Assembly: GCF_023585745.1 (NCBI RefSeq)
Contig: NZ_CP097762.1
Span: 150,001 to 182,000 of the forward strand
Source: Candidatus Saccharimonadota bacterium
GTDB taxonomy: Bacteria > Pseudomonadota > Gammaproteobacteria > Enterobacterales > Enterobacteriaceae
Length of the DNA stretch: 32,000 bases
Reading direction: 5' to 3'
Under the pieces are notes generated by a model that had not been told where the DNA came from, made no database searches, and saw only the letters and a program-made list of their open reading frames with translations. The number at the start of each line of letters is the position of its first letter. The stretch's first letter is position 1. Made by a program: the position numbers and the translations under genes. This document shows positions 21,743 through 32,000 of the stretch, piece by piece.

Positions 21743-23068
21743 ATGCCTAATAAAATTTTGAATATTATTGGACGCGAAATTATTGATTCTAGAGGCAATC
21801 CAACAATAGAAACTGAAGTGCATATTAAAGATGGTTGTGAATTAGCATCTGTACCATCTGGAGCATCTGTTGGATCTAAGGAATCATTAGAATTAAGGGA
21901 TAATGATAAAAATCGTTTTTTTGGAAAAGGAGTAGTAAACGCAGTAAATTCAGTGAATGGACCAATTCGCAAATACTTAATAGGTATGGATGTAACGCAA
22001 CAACATGTTATAGATACTGCTATGATAAATATAGATGGAACTAAGAATAAATCTAAATTAGGAGCAAATGCTATTCTTAGCGTATCTTTGGCAACTGCTA
22101 AAATAGCAGCAAAATTTAAAAAAATTCCATTTTATCAACATATTTCTGATTTGTATAATAATGATGCAACTGCAAAAAATATATATTCTATACCCCTTCC
22201 TATGATGAATGTTCTTAATGGAGGCAGACATGCTGACAATAATTTAGATTTTCAGGAATTCATGATAATACCGATTGGTGCAAAAACTATTAAAAACGCA
22301 ATACGTATTGGATCAGAAATATCACATATACTAAAAAATATTTTAAAATGTAAAGGATTATCTACACAACTAGGTGATGAAGGCGGATATGCACCAAATC
22401 TTGATTCTCATCATATGGCATTAGAGATAATAATAGAATCTATAGAAAAATCTAATTATAAATTAGGTGTAGATGTTGCATTAGCAATAGATTGTGCTGC
22501 TTCTGAATTTTTTGATACAACTACAAAAAAATATCATATAAAAAGTGAAAAAAAAATTTTAAATTCTAAAGAATTAGCGCATTATTTATTACAATTAACG
22601 CAAAAATATCCAATAATTTCTCTCGAGGATGGACATAGTGAACATGATTGGGACGGGTTTTATTACCAAACAAAAATTCTTGGAGATAAAATTCAGTTGG
22701 TAGGTGATGATTTATTTGTAACGAATCCAAAGTTATTACAGCAAGGTATTAATAACAATATTGCGAATTCTATTTTAATTAAATGTAACCAAATAGGATC
22801 ATTAACTGAAACATTACAAACAATTAAAATAGCTAAAAATTCAGGATATTCTGTAATAATATCACATCGTTCTGGAGAAACTGAAGATACAAGTATCGCA
22901 GATATAGCGGTCGGAACAGCTGCTGACCAAATAAAAACTGGTCCTGTACGTTGCACAGAACGTGTAGCAAAATACAACAGACTAATTCGTATAGAAGAAT
23001 CTCTTAATGTTCAAGGAATTAAAAAATTTTCAGAATTTAAAAAATATACCAATTTTGATATTAAATAA
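21743..23068 (+). CDS. eno: Enolase
   Basis: [54 protein letters not shown] and QIKTG are all conserved. The ATG at 21743 ([13 protein letters not shown]) fits E. coli MSKIVKIIGREI. The ORF-track ATG at 21731 is four codons upstream and cannot be excluded. Confidence 0.95.
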   Translation: MPNKILNIIGREIIDSRGNPTIETEVHIKDGCELASVPSGASVGSKESLELRDNDKNRFFGKGVVNAVNSVNGPIRKYLIGMDVTQQHVIDTAMINIDGTKNKSKLGANAILSVSLATAKIAAKFKKIPFYQHISDLYNNDATAKNIYSIPLPMMNVLNGGRHADNNLDFQEFMIIPIGAKTIKNAIRIGSEISHILKNILKCKGLSTQLGDEGGYAPNLDSHHMALEIIIESIEKSNYKLGVDVALAIDCAASEFFDTTTKKYHIKSEKKILNSKELAHYLLQLTQKYPIISLEDGHSEHDWDGFYYQTKILGDKIQLVGDDLFVTNPKLLQQGINNNIANSILIKCNQIGSLTETLQTIKIAKNSGYSVIISHRSGETEDTSIADIAVGTAADQIKTGPVRCTERVAKYNRLIRIEESLNVQGIKKFSEFKKYTNFDIK

Positions 23069-23129
23069 TTAATAATGAGTTTATATTCTACGAACTCATT
23101 CAAATAAACAAGTAAATTTATGCAACTTA

Positions 23130-23179
23130 AATACAAGATATGTAATATTTATTACAATAAATATTACATATCTTGTATT
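23130..23179. repeat. 50-bp near-perfect palindrome in the eno-cysJ spacer
   Basis: AATACAAGATATGTAATATTT (23130-23150) is the exact reverse complement of AAATATTACATATCTTGTATT (23159-23179), giving 21 bp. The inner 3 bp on each side (ATT at 23151-23153 and AAT at 23156-23158) also pair, leaving a 2-nt centre. A T9 run lies at 23196-23204, 17 nt downstream. Confidence 0.95.
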
Positions 23180-23296
23180 AAGATAATGAGCAAAATTTTT
23201 TTTTGCAACATAAAATATCACTAAAAGTGAATAATACATTTTATTTAAATTTTAATAAATTATTTGTATAAATACTCTAAATTTATTACTATACTA

Positions 23297-23372
23297 CTGT
23301 TTTAATAATAAATATACGTGTATACATAAAGTTTTATTAAATAATTTTACATAATATTTATTATTAAAACAG
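23297..23372. repeat. Perfect 19-bp inverted repeat with a 38-nt spacer, upstream of cysJ
   Basis: CTGTTTTAATAATAAATAT (23297-23315) is the exact reverse complement of ATATTTATTATTAAAACAG (23354-23372). Confidence 0.9.
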
Positions 23373-23456
23373 AGATATGCATTAATGCTAAATATTACAT
23401 TTCATCTTAAGTTTAAGATTATCATATATAACTAAAATAAAATAATCTTATTATAA

Positions 23457-25289
23457 ATGATAAAAAAAATTACACAAAAAAAAATAATGCCATTAACCTT
23501 GGAGCAATTCCAAGAAATACAATCAATATTTATGCATTTATCCAATGATCAACTCATTTGGATATCAGGATATTTATGGGGTTTAACACATTCTGCAGAA
23601 TTTGAAAAAATAACTAATATTTCTAAAGATACTGATGTAATTTCAGATAAAAATGTTCATGTTGATCCACAAATTACTCTTATATCTGCTTCTCAAACTG
23701 GTAATGCGCGTCGTTTGGCAGAGTGTTTACGTGACGACATTATTGCTGCTAATTTAAAAGTAATATTATTCAATGCTAAAGACTATAAGTTTAAAAAACT
23801 TTCAAAAGAAACATTATTAATTATTATTATTTCTACATATGGAGAAGGTGAGCCGCCAGAAGAAGCTATAGCCCTATATCAGTATTTATTTTCTAATAAA
23901 GCTCCAAATATGATAAATACTAATTTTGCTATATTCGGTTTTGGAGACCGATCGTATGAGCATTTTGCCAAAGCCGGAAAAGATTTTGATTATAGATTAG
24001 AAGAATTAGGAGCCAAGAGATTACTTAACAGAGTTGATGTTGATGTCGATTTTAAAAAAGAAGCTGATATATGGAGAAAAAATATAGTTTCTTTATTAAA
24101 GAGTAAAATGCATGTTAATAACATATTTTGTAACACTACACAACATATTAATACATCTAAGTTAATACATACTACTACGTATAATAAAATGTCTCCGTTT
24201 GTCGCGCATTTACTAACGCGACAAAAAATTAGTAGTCGTAACGCACTTAAAGATGTATTTCATCTAGAAATAGATATTTCTAATTCTGATATAAATTATC
24301 AGCCTGGAGATACTCTAGGGGTATGGCACGAAAATGATCCAAATCTTGTAGACGAATTATTGAATTTGTTAAACTTAAATGGTAACGATCATGTGTCTAT
24401 GCAAAAACAAATCATACCACTTAATACAGCATTAAAAAAATATTATGAGTTAATGCAAAATACACCTATTTTGATAAAAGAAGTAGCTAATATCTCCCAA
24501 AATAAAACATTAATTAATTTATTAAAAGATAAAGAAAAATTATATGAATTTATTGCTAATACACCAATTATTGAAATGATATATCGTGTACCACTCATAT
24601 TAACTCCTCAACAATTGCTAAAAATATTATGTCCTATAAAACCTCGTTTTTATTCAATTTCTTCTGCTCAAGCAGAAGTAGGAGAAGAAATACATATTAC
24701 TGTTAGTGTAATACGTTATGAGATAAATGGACACTTTAGAACAGGTAGCGCTAGTAGTTATTTGGCAGATCGTATTCAAGAAAATGATAAAATACGAATT
24801 TTTGTTGAATCCAATGATAATTTTAGGTTACCGACAAATTCTAATGCACCAATAATTATGATTGGTGCAGGAACAGGTATCGCTCCATTTCGTGCATTTA
24901 TGCAACAACGTTCTATCGATGGTTCTGCAGGGAAGAATTGGTTATTTTTTGGAAATCAAAAATTTATTGATGACTTTTTATATCAATTAGAATGGCAAAA
25001 TTATTTTAAAAACAAATTACTTACAAATATTAATACAGCTTGGTCTAGAGACCAAGATCATAAAATATATATTCAGAATGAATTATTAATAAATGGCGAT
25101 GAAATTTGGAAGTGGATTGAAGAAGGTGCATATGTTTATGTATGCGGTAATGCTAAATATATGGCACAAGATGTAGATAAAGCTTTGATTAAATTAGTTT
25201 CACAACATGGTAATATGGATATAAATAAATCTAAAAATTTTTGGAATAAAATGCGTGTAGAACATCGTTATCAGAGAGATATATATTAA
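23457..25289 (+). CDS. cysJ: Sulfite reductase [NADPH] flavoprotein alpha component
   Basis: It has the flavodoxin-like domain ([26 protein letters not shown]). It also has the FAD/NADPH domain ([45 protein letters not shown]). It is collinear with E. coli CysJ. An alternative ATG lies at 23487. Confidence 0.96.
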   Translation: MIKKITQKKIMPLTLEQFQEIQSIFMHLSNDQLIWISGYLWGLTHSAEFEKITNISKDTDVISDKNVHVDPQITLISASQTGNARRLAECLRDDIIAANLKVILFNAKDYKFKKLSKETLLIIIISTYGEGEPPEEAIALYQYLFSNKAPNMINTNFAIFGFGDRSYEHFAKAGKDFDYRLEELGAKRLLNRVDVDVDFKKEADIWRKNIVSLLKSKMHVNNIFCNTTQHINTSKLIHTTTYNKMSPFVAHLLTRQKISSRNALKDVFHLEIDISNSDINYQPGDTLGVWHENDPNLVDELLNLLNLNGNDHVSMQKQIIPLNTALKKYYELMQNTPILIKEVANISQNKTLINLLKDKEKLYEFIANTPIIEMIYRVPLILTPQQLLKILCPIKPRFYSISSAQAEVGEEIHITVSVIRYEINGHFRTGSASSYLADRIQENDKIRIFVESNDNFRLPTNSNAPIIMIGAGTGIAPFRAFMQQRSIDGSAGKNWLFFGNQKFIDDFLYQLEWQNYFKNKLLTNINTAWSRDQDHKIYIQNELLINGDEIWKWIEEGAYVYVCGNAKYMAQDVDKALIKLVSQHGNMDINKSKNFWNKMRVEHRYQRDIY

Positions 25290-27022
25290 TGAAAGAAAAA
25301 ACACAATATGTTAATTTTATAAAAAATTCAACACAACCCCTATCCGATAATGAACGAATAAAAAAAACAAGTAATTTTTTAAGAGGTACTATTACTAAAG
25401 ATTTAAATAATAATTTAACTGGAGGTTTCAACTCAGATAACTCTCAATTAATTAAATTCCACGGGATGTATCAACAAGATGATCGTGATGTACGAATAGA
25501 ACGAACACAACAAAAATTAGAGCCGTTAATTAATATTATGTTACGATGTCGTTTACCAGGCGGAGTAATTCGTCCTAGACAATGGTTAGCTATAGATGAT
25601 TTTTCAAATAAATATACTTTGTATGAAACTATTCGTCTCACTACTAGACAAACTTTCCAATTACATGGATTATTAAAACCTAATTTAAAAAAAATACATA
25701 ATTTATTACATACAATAGAATTAGATTCTATCGCTACTGCTGGTGATGTAAACCGGAATGTAGTGTGTACCGCAAATCCTACAGAATCCGAATACCATTA
25801 TCAAGTTTGGGAAATCGCTAAAAGTATTTCCAAACACCTATTACCAAAATCTCATGCATATGCAGAAATTTGGTTAGACGGAAAAAAAACAGAATCCACA
25901 GAGTCTGAGCCAATTTTAAGCGCTACTTATTTACCCCGTAAGTTCAAAATTGCAATTGCAATTCCTCCAATAAATGATGTAGATGTACATGCAAATGATT
26001 TAAGTTTTATAGCAATTAAAAACAATATAAATAAAAAAATAATCGGGTTTAATGTATTAGTAGGGGGAGGGTTAGCAATGACTTATGGTGATGTAACTAC
26101 ATATCCGTGTAAAGCTAGGGAATTTGGATATATTAATACCCAAGATATTTTAAAGATTACAGAAGCAATAGTGACAGTGCAAAGAGATTGGGGAGATAGG
26201 TCAGATCGTAAACATGCTAAAACCAAATATACTTTAATAAAAGTGGGGGTACAGACATTTAAAGCAGAAGTTGAACGTCGTGCGGGAATAAAATTTGCGC
26301 CAATACATTCTTATAAATTTACACATAGAGGAGATTGTTTTGGATGGATAGAAGATATAAAGCATGATTGGCATCTCACTTTATTTATAGAAAATGGACG
26401 AATCACAAACAATAATCCAAACAAACTATTAAAAAATGGAATTAGAGCAATTGCAAAAGTACATTCAGGTTGTTTTAGATTAACCACTAATCAAAATTTG
26501 ATAATTTCTGGAGTCTCTCCAAATAATAAATATATAATAGATAATATACTAAAAAAATATGGTATATCAAATCATGATTCTACTCCACAAAGAAAAGCAT
26601 CCATGGCATGTGTAGCATTACCCACATGTCCATTAGCAATGGCAGAAGCAGAACGATTTTTACCTCAATTTATCACAAAAGTTGAAAATATCATGTCTAA
26701 ATATAAATTAGAAAAAAATGCAATTATTTTACGTGTTACAGGATGTCCGAATAGTTGTGCTCGTGCAATGTTATCTGAAATTGGACTCACAGGTAGATCA
26801 ATTGGGCGTTATAATCTTTATTTAGGTGGTGATAATATTGGCACACGCATTCCGCGATTATACAGAGAGAATATTACAGAACAAGATATTTTGAACATTT
26901 TAGATACAACTATTGGAAGATGGGCTAAAGAAAGAAGAAATAATGAATCTTATGGAGATTATGTAGTAAGAATTGGAATAGTTAAACCCGTCATAAATTC
27001 TGAAGAGGATTTTTATGAATAA
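25289..27022 (+). CDS. cysI: Sulfite reductase [NADPH] hemoprotein beta component
   Basis: [24 protein letters not shown], and the siroheme/4Fe-4S cysteine clusters [19 protein letters not shown] and [11 protein letters not shown] match E. coli CysI. The start ATG shares one base with the cysJ stop (TAATG). Confidence 0.97.
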   Translation: MKEKTQYVNFIKNSTQPLSDNERIKKTSNFLRGTITKDLNNNLTGGFNSDNSQLIKFHGMYQQDDRDVRIERTQQKLEPLINIMLRCRLPGGVIRPRQWLAIDDFSNKYTLYETIRLTTRQTFQLHGLLKPNLKKIHNLLHTIELDSIATAGDVNRNVVCTANPTESEYHYQVWEIAKSISKHLLPKSHAYAEIWLDGKKTESTESEPILSATYLPRKFKIAIAIPPINDVDVHANDLSFIAIKNNINKKIIGFNVLVGGGLAMTYGDVTTYPCKAREFGYINTQDILKITEAIVTVQRDWGDRSDRKHAKTKYTLIKVGVQTFKAEVERRAGIKFAPIHSYKFTHRGDCFGWIEDIKHDWHLTLFIENGRITNNNPNKLLKNGIRAIAKVHSGCFRLTTNQNLIISGVSPNNKYIIDNILKKYGISNHDSTPQRKASMACVALPTCPLAMAEAERFLPQFITKVENIMSKYKLEKNAIILRVTGCPNSCARAMLSEIGLTGRSIGRYNLYLGGDNIGTRIPRLYRENITEQDILNILDTTIGRWAKERRNNESYGDYVVRIGIVKPVINSEEDFYE

Positions 27023-27776
27023 AATGCTAAATACTGTCAATTATTGTTGGACTGTTAAAGAAATTTCTTTATTACATATAGATAAACAAAAATTAATATT
27101 AAATAAAATAAATAAATATTTAGAATCTTTAATAACAGAAAAAAGATTAGAATGGGCAATTAAATATTTATCTAAAAAAGTAATGTTATCTTCAAGTTTT
27201 GGTTTGCAATCATCAGTCAGTTTACACTTATTAACTCAATATTATCCTAAGATCCCAATTGTTTTGATTGATACCGGTTATTTATTTCCAGAAACATATC
27301 ATTTTATCAATCAATTAACAGAGACAATGAAATTAAATTTATATGTATTCTGTCCTAAAAAATCTGCAGCCTGGCAAGAAGCTCAATATGGAAAGCTGTG
27401 GACACAAGGAATAAAAGGTATTAATCGATATAATGCTATTAATAAAATTGAACCTATGCATCGAGCATTAAAGACACTTAATATAGAAGTATGGTTTGCA
27501 GGTTTACGAAGAGAACAATCAAAGAGTCGTAAAAAATTATCGATCATCACTATTCAAAATGGGGTATTTAAATTTTTACCAATCGTTGATTGGAGCACTG
27601 TACAGGTTACCAATTATATTAAAAAATATTCTTTACAACAGCATCCATTAAAAGAACAAGGGTATGTCTCAATTGGTGATATACATACTAGCAGTAAATG
27701 GAGACCTGGTATGAAAGCAGAAGAGACACGTTTCTTTGGATTGCAACGTGAATGCGGACTACATACTATTGATTAG
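27015..27776 (+). CDS. cysH: Phosphoadenosine phosphosulfate (PAPS) reductase
   Basis: [34 protein letters not shown] and the C-terminal catalytic motif RECGLH match E. coli CysH. The ATG at 27015 overlaps the cysI 3' end by 8 nt. An alternative ATG at 27024 lies just after the cysI stop. Confidence 0.94.
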   Translation: MNKMLNTVNYCWTVKEISLLHIDKQKLILNKINKYLESLITEKRLEWAIKYLSKKVMLSSSFGLQSSVSLHLLTQYYPKIPIVLIDTGYLFPETYHFINQLTETMKLNLYVFCPKKSAAWQEAQYGKLWTQGIKGINRYNAINKIEPMHRALKTLNIEVWFAGLRREQSKSRKKLSIITIQNGVFKFLPIVDWSTVQVTNYIKKYSLQQHPLKEQGYVSIGDIHTSSKWRPGMKAEETRFFGLQRECGLHTID

Positions 27777-28020
27777 TTCATCATCAAATTTATACTTTAT
27801 TTAATAAAGCTTTTGTTTTATATGAATAATATATAAAGTACTTTAATAATCTCAAAAAATACTAATATTATATTTAATATTAAGTATTCATATGTAATCT
27901 ATTATTATAAATATAAATTTATAACTTATATATTAAAAAATTAAACAGTTTGTATATATAATACATATATATTATATACAATTATATATTTTAATTTTTT
28001 ATTAAAATTAAGTATCACTT

Positions 28021-29466
28021 ATGAAGTATTTACCATTATTTATTGATTTAAAAAATAAACCAGTTTTGGTTATTGGCGGAGGTAGCGTTGCATTACGTAA
28101 AATCCAAATGCTACAACGTGTCGGCGCCATGATTAAAGTAATAGCGCATACTATATGCCCAGAACTAAAAAAACTTTTACTTAAAAAAAATATAAATTGG
28201 ATTGGGAAAAAATTTACGCCTTTCATGTTAAATAAAGTTATTTTAGTCATCATCGCTACTAATGATGCGAAATTGAATACATTAATTTATAATAACGCTA
28301 ATAAATATCATATACTAGTAAATACTGTAGATGATCAAAGCAAATGTTCTTGTATTTTTCCAGCTATTATTGATAGAAATCCTATATTAATAGGGATTTC
28401 TTCTTGTGGTACAGCGCCTATGTTAGCACGTATCTTACGAGAAAAATTTGAATTGCTTTTACCCCAAACTCTTGGTTATATAGCAAAATTTGCTAGTTTA
28501 TGGCGTAATACAGTAAAAAAACATATTATAAATACAGTGCACCGACGTAGATTTTGGGAAAAGGTGTTTTATGATGATCATATTGTTCCATTAATAACGC
28601 GCAATCGTTTTAAAGAAGCTAAAAAAAAGTTTTTTTCTACCCTTTTAAATATAAAACATAACAATTCCTTTAAAACAGGACATGTAACATTAGTGGGAGC
28701 AGGACCAGGGGATATAGGATTATTAACAATAAAAGGATTACAGGCTATACAACAAGCAGATGTTATCTTATATGATTGTTTAGTAAATTCTGATATTCTA
28801 GATTTGGCGAGACGTGATACTGATAAAATTTGCGTCGGAAAACATATTGGTAATCATATTATGCCACAGAAACAACTTAATCAATTTATAATACAATTAG
28901 CTAAAAGCGGCCATAAAGTTGTGAGATTAAAGGGAGGAGATCCATTTATTTTTGGTCGAGGAGGAGAAGAATTACAAAAAATCTCAGAAGCAGGAATTCC
29001 TTTTCAAGTAGTTCCAGGAATTACAGCAGGAACTGGTGTTGCAGCCTACGCAGGGATTCCATTAACACACCGGGAATATGCGCATGGAGTTACTTTCATT
29101 ACAGGTTATAACATTAATAATAATAAAAAATTTAATTGGAATTCTTTATCAGATACACAACAAACATTAGTAATTTATATGGGTAAAGTTAATACTGTTA
29201 ATATTAGTAATAATTTAATTAAGTGTGGACGTCATATAAATACACCAGTAGCTGTTATTAGTAATGGCACGTACAATAATCAAAAAATTTTAATTGGTAC
29301 TTTAATTGAATTAGAAAAATTAGCAAAATTAGTTGATTATCCTACTTTATTTATTATTGGTAATGTCGTATCTTTACATAATAAAATAAATTGGTTTGGA
29401 AAAACAGCATTATATTCCCATAAAATTAATTCTATTATTAATACAGTTACCAAGGATTATATATAA
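28021..29466 (+). CDS. cysG: Siroheme synthase (uroporphyrinogen-III C-methyltransferase, precorrin-2 dehydrogenase and sirohydrochlorin ferrochelatase)
   Basis: The N-terminal NAD-binding domain ([11 protein letters not shown]) and the C-terminal SUMT domain ([42 protein letters not shown]) are collinear with E. coli CysG. Confidence 0.96.
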   Translation: MKYLPLFIDLKNKPVLVIGGGSVALRKIQMLQRVGAMIKVIAHTICPELKKLLLKKNINWIGKKFTPFMLNKVILVIIATNDAKLNTLIYNNANKYHILVNTVDDQSKCSCIFPAIIDRNPILIGISSCGTAPMLARILREKFELLLPQTLGYIAKFASLWRNTVKKHIINTVHRRRFWEKVFYDDHIVPLITRNRFKEAKKKFFSTLLNIKHNNSFKTGHVTLVGAGPGDIGLLTIKGLQAIQQADVILYDCLVNSDILDLARRDTDKICVGKHIGNHIMPQKQLNQFIIQLAKSGHKVVRLKGGDPFIFGRGGEELQKISEAGIPFQVVPGITAGTGVAAYAGIPLTHREYAHGVTFITGYNINNNKKFNWNSLSDTQQTLVIYMGKVNTVNISNNLIKCGRHINTPVAVISNGTYNNQKILIGTLIELEKLAKLVDYPTLFIIGNVVSLHNKINWFGKTALYSHKINSIINTVTKDYI

Positions 29467-30377
29467 TGTTAAATAAAAAATGTACCAATTATATAAAACG
29501 CCTAGAATCAGAAAGTATATATATTATTCGTGAAGTAGTTGCAGAATTTCATAAACCAGTTATGTTATATTCTATTGGTAAAGATTCTTCAGTTATGCTG
29601 CATCTAGCAAGAAAAGCGTTTTACCCTAGTGAATTACCTTTTCCACTTTTACATATAGATACCGGTTGGAAATTTCAAGAAATGTATAAATTTCGTGATA
29701 AAACTGCTAAATCTTTTAAATTACAATTATTAATTTTTAAAAATTTAAAAGGTATAGAAATGGGTATTAATCCATTTATTCATGGAAGCGCTAAATACAC
29801 AGATATTATGAAAACAGAAGGATTAAAACAAGCATTAAATAAATATAGATTTGATGCAGCTTTTGGTGGCGCTAGACGTGATGAAGAAACAATTAGAGCT
29901 AAAGAACGCATTTATTCTTTTAGAGATAAACATCATTATTGGAATCCCAGAAAACAGCGCCCAGAATTATGGGCTAACTATAATAGTAAAATTCATCCAG
30001 GAGAAAATATCCGGGTGTTTCCGTTATCTAATTGGACAGAATTAGATATATGGCAATATATTTTTTTTGAAAATATAGATATAGTGCCACTTTACTTTGC
30101 GAAGTATCGTCCTACAATATATAGAGATGGAAATTTAATTATGGTAGATGATGACCGAATTCATTTAAAATCTACAGAAAAAATAAAAAATCGTATGATA
30201 CGATTTCGTACATTAGGATGTTGGCCGTTAACTGGAGCTATAAAATCAAAAGCAAACACGTTACTTGGAATTATTGAGGAAATGTTAATATCTAACCAAA
30301 GTGAACGTCATGGACGAATTATTGATTTTGATCAATCTAGTTCGATGGAATATAAAAAACGCCAAGGTTATTTTTAA
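29466..30377 (+). CDS. cysD: Sulfate adenylyltransferase subunit 2
   Basis: [48 protein letters not shown] and the C-terminal KKRQGYF are nearly identical to E. coli CysD. The start ATG shares one base with the cysG stop (TAATG). Confidence 0.97.
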   Translation: MLNKKCTNYIKRLESESIYIIREVVAEFHKPVMLYSIGKDSSVMLHLARKAFYPSELPFPLLHIDTGWKFQEMYKFRDKTAKSFKLQLLIFKNLKGIEMGINPFIHGSAKYTDIMKTEGLKQALNKYRFDAAFGGARRDEETIRAKERIYSFRDKHHYWNPRKQRPELWANYNSKIHPGENIRVFPLSNWTELDIWQYIFFENIDIVPLYFAKYRPTIYRDGNLIMVDDDRIHLKSTEKIKNRMIRFRTLGCWPLTGAIKSKANTLLGIIEEMLISNQSERHGRIIDFDQSSSMEYKKRQGYF

Positions 30378-30386
30378 GGAATTATT

Positions 30387-31817
30387 ATGTTAGATAACAT
30401 AAAAGAAGAAATTGTTAGTTATGGAGGCATTAAACAATATTTGTATGCACAACAAGAGAAAATATTATTACGTTTTCTTACTTGTGGTAACGTAGATGAT
30501 GGGAAAAGCACTTTAATTGGAAGATTGCTACATGATACCCATCAAATTTACGAGGATCAATTATCTGTTTTATATAAAGAAATTAGAAGTATTGATGATA
30601 AAAATAAAAAATTAGATTTAGCATCATTATTAGATGGATTACAATTAGAACGTGCTCAAGGTATTACTATAGATGTCGCATATAGATTTTTTTTCACCAA
30701 AAAACGTAAATTTATTATCGCAGATACTCCAGGACATTTAGAATATACAAAAAATATGGTTACTGGTGCATCTACTAGTGAATTAGCTGTTTTACTAATT
30801 GATGCTCGTAAGGGCATACAACATCAAACTAAAAGACATTGGTTCATCTCTGCTCTTTTAGGAATAAAGCATATAGTTATTGCAATTAACAAGATGGATT
30901 TAATAAATTATAATAAAAAAATCTTTCAAGATATTAGTAAAGAATTTCTAGAATTTGCTAAAAAACTGTATTTTAAAACAAATATTCAGTTTATTCCAAT
31001 ATCTGCTTTAGATGGAGATAATATTGCTACTACATCAATTAATATGAAATGGTACAAAGGTCCTACATTGTTAGAGGTATTAGACAATATTAATATTAAA
31101 AATGTTGGGGATTGGAAACAACAAAAATTGCGTTTTCCAATACAATATGTTATTAGAAACAACTCAGGTTTTAGAGGATATTCTGGAACAATTGCATCTG
31201 GTAGTATTCACACAGGACAATTAATTAACACTTTTCCATCAAACAATACCGCCCAAATACAAAGAATAATTGTTTCAAGTTCTGATGTAACTCATGCTTA
31301 CGCTGGAGAAGCCATAACTGTGACTTTAAATGAAGATTTAGATATAAGTCGAGGCGATATGTTAGTTGATATAAATTCAGTTTCTCCCGCACGCGATGTG
31401 TTAATAAATATAATCTGGATGCATACAGAAGCATTAAAAGAAGGACAATACTTTAATGTAAAAATAGCTACAAAACTCTTAAAAGCACAAGTATTAAAAA
31501 TAGAATGTAAAATAAACGTAGATACTTTTCAATATCAAAAAACCAATTCTATATCACTAAATGAAATTGGCTTGATCAAATTATCATTTGATGAATTATT
31601 AATATTAGATAAATATTCTGATTCTCCTATGACTGGTAGCATGATATTTATTGATTTATTAACTAATGAAACTGTGGGAGCTGGAATGATAGATGAGACT
31701 ATAAAATATAATCCTATATATAATAAATATAATAGAAATTATAGCAAATTTGAATTAGAGTTGCATTCGTTTATACGTTTACATTTTCCGCATTGGGGTA
31801 TTAAAGATTTATCTTAA
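30387..31817 (+). CDS. cysN: Sulfate adenylyltransferase subunit 1 (GTPase)
   Basis: LRFLTCGNVDDGKSTLIGRLLHDT (G1), DTPGH (G3), NKMD (G4), and the C-terminal FELELHSFIRLHFPHWG match E. coli CysN. AAGGA overlaps the cysD stop, 6 nt before the ATG. Confidence 0.97.
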   Translation: MLDNIKEEIVSYGGIKQYLYAQQEKILLRFLTCGNVDDGKSTLIGRLLHDTHQIYEDQLSVLYKEIRSIDDKNKKLDLASLLDGLQLERAQGITIDVAYRFFFTKKRKFIIADTPGHLEYTKNMVTGASTSELAVLLIDARKGIQHQTKRHWFISALLGIKHIVIAINKMDLINYNKKIFQDISKEFLEFAKKLYFKTNIQFIPISALDGDNIATTSINMKWYKGPTLLEVLDNINIKNVGDWKQQKLRFPIQYVIRNNSGFRGYSGTIASGSIHTGQLINTFPSNNTAQIQRIIVSSSDVTHAYAGEAITVTLNEDLDISRGDMLVDINSVSPARDVLINIIWMHTEALKEGQYFNVKIATKLLKAQVLKIECKINVDTFQYQKTNSISLNEIGLIKLSFDELLILDKYSDSPMTGSMIFIDLLTNETVGAGMIDETIKYNPIYNKYNRNYSKFELELHSFIRLHFPHWGIKDLS

Positions 31818-31830
31818 TAAATAAAAAAAT

Positions 31831-32000
31831 ATGATTACTGTTCATAAAAAAAATCCCAATATATTACAAAATAAAAATATTTTTTGGAATACCTATCATA
31901 TAACTCAGAAAGATCGAGAGTGTTTGCATAAACATCATGCAATATTGCTATGGTTTACTGGATTATCGGGATCTGGTAAATCTGCTGTGGCAGGTATTTT
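31831..32000 (+). CDS. cysC: Adenylyl-sulfate (APS) kinase, 5' part only; the rest runs off the window end
   Basis: It is not in the ORF track. From the ATG at 31831 my translation reads [56 protein letters not shown]. This matches E. coli CysC ..[24 protein letters not shown], including the P-loop. Confidence 0.9.
   Translation, partial: [56 protein letters not shown]

Noticed and set aside
22210-22240. Enolase has GGRHADN where E. coli has GGEHADN.
   Set aside because: From memory of the yeast and E. coli structures, the catalytic and metal-binding residues are the His in this motif, QEFM Glu, GDEGG Glu, the DCA Asp, the EDG Glu, the GDD Asp, and the two Lys. All of these are conserved here. 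The changed residue is a neighbour, not a known catalytic position.

Overview
This window is a strongly AT-rich stretch, about a quarter G+C by eye, with spacers far lower. It looks like part of a reduced, Enterobacterales-derived endosymbiont chromosome. It retains lpxC, mrcB and a complete sulfate-assimilation pathway and has very long degenerate spacers. That combination resembles Candidatus Blochmannia-type ant symbionts, but I cannot confirm this without a database search. I can support 21 protein-coding genes, all recognisable by close alignment to my memory of the E. coli K-12 orthologues. In order they are: ftsA (5' truncated), ftsZ, lpxC, secA on the plus strand; coaE on the minus strand, frameshifted; dksA, folK on the plus strand; lpdA, aceF, aceE on the minus strand; then mrcB, erpA, pyrG, eno, cysJ, cysI, cysH, cysG, cysD, cysN and cysC (3' truncated; I found it by eye, it is not in the ORF track), all on the plus strand. 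I see no tRNA, rRNA, mobile element, CRISPR array, or defence or toxin module. No spacer has the G+C island that a structured RNA gene would produce. I do not find evidence for a previously undescribed multi-gene system; this is syntenic housekeeping DNA of a reduced genome. The points most worth a second look are listed here. (1) coaE is broken by a single frameshift exactly inside an A10 run, a classic candidate for rescue by transcriptional slippage, and it also has a non-canonical P-loop. (2) The block dksA..aceE is inverted relative to E. coli gene order. (3) The whole sulfate-to-sulfide pathway is merged into one same-strand cluster, cysJIH-cysG-cysDNC, with cysG joined to cysD by a TAATG stop/start overlap. 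(4) The spacers contain unusually long perfect inverted repeats: a 50-bp palindrome and a 19-bp inverted repeat between eno and cysJ, and a 17-bp inverted repeat upstream of aceE. (5) Three spacers of 0.65 to 1.2 kb sit where secM, pdhR and many other ancestral genes have been lost. Several ORF-track N-termini appear over-extended, and I give homology-based starts instead.
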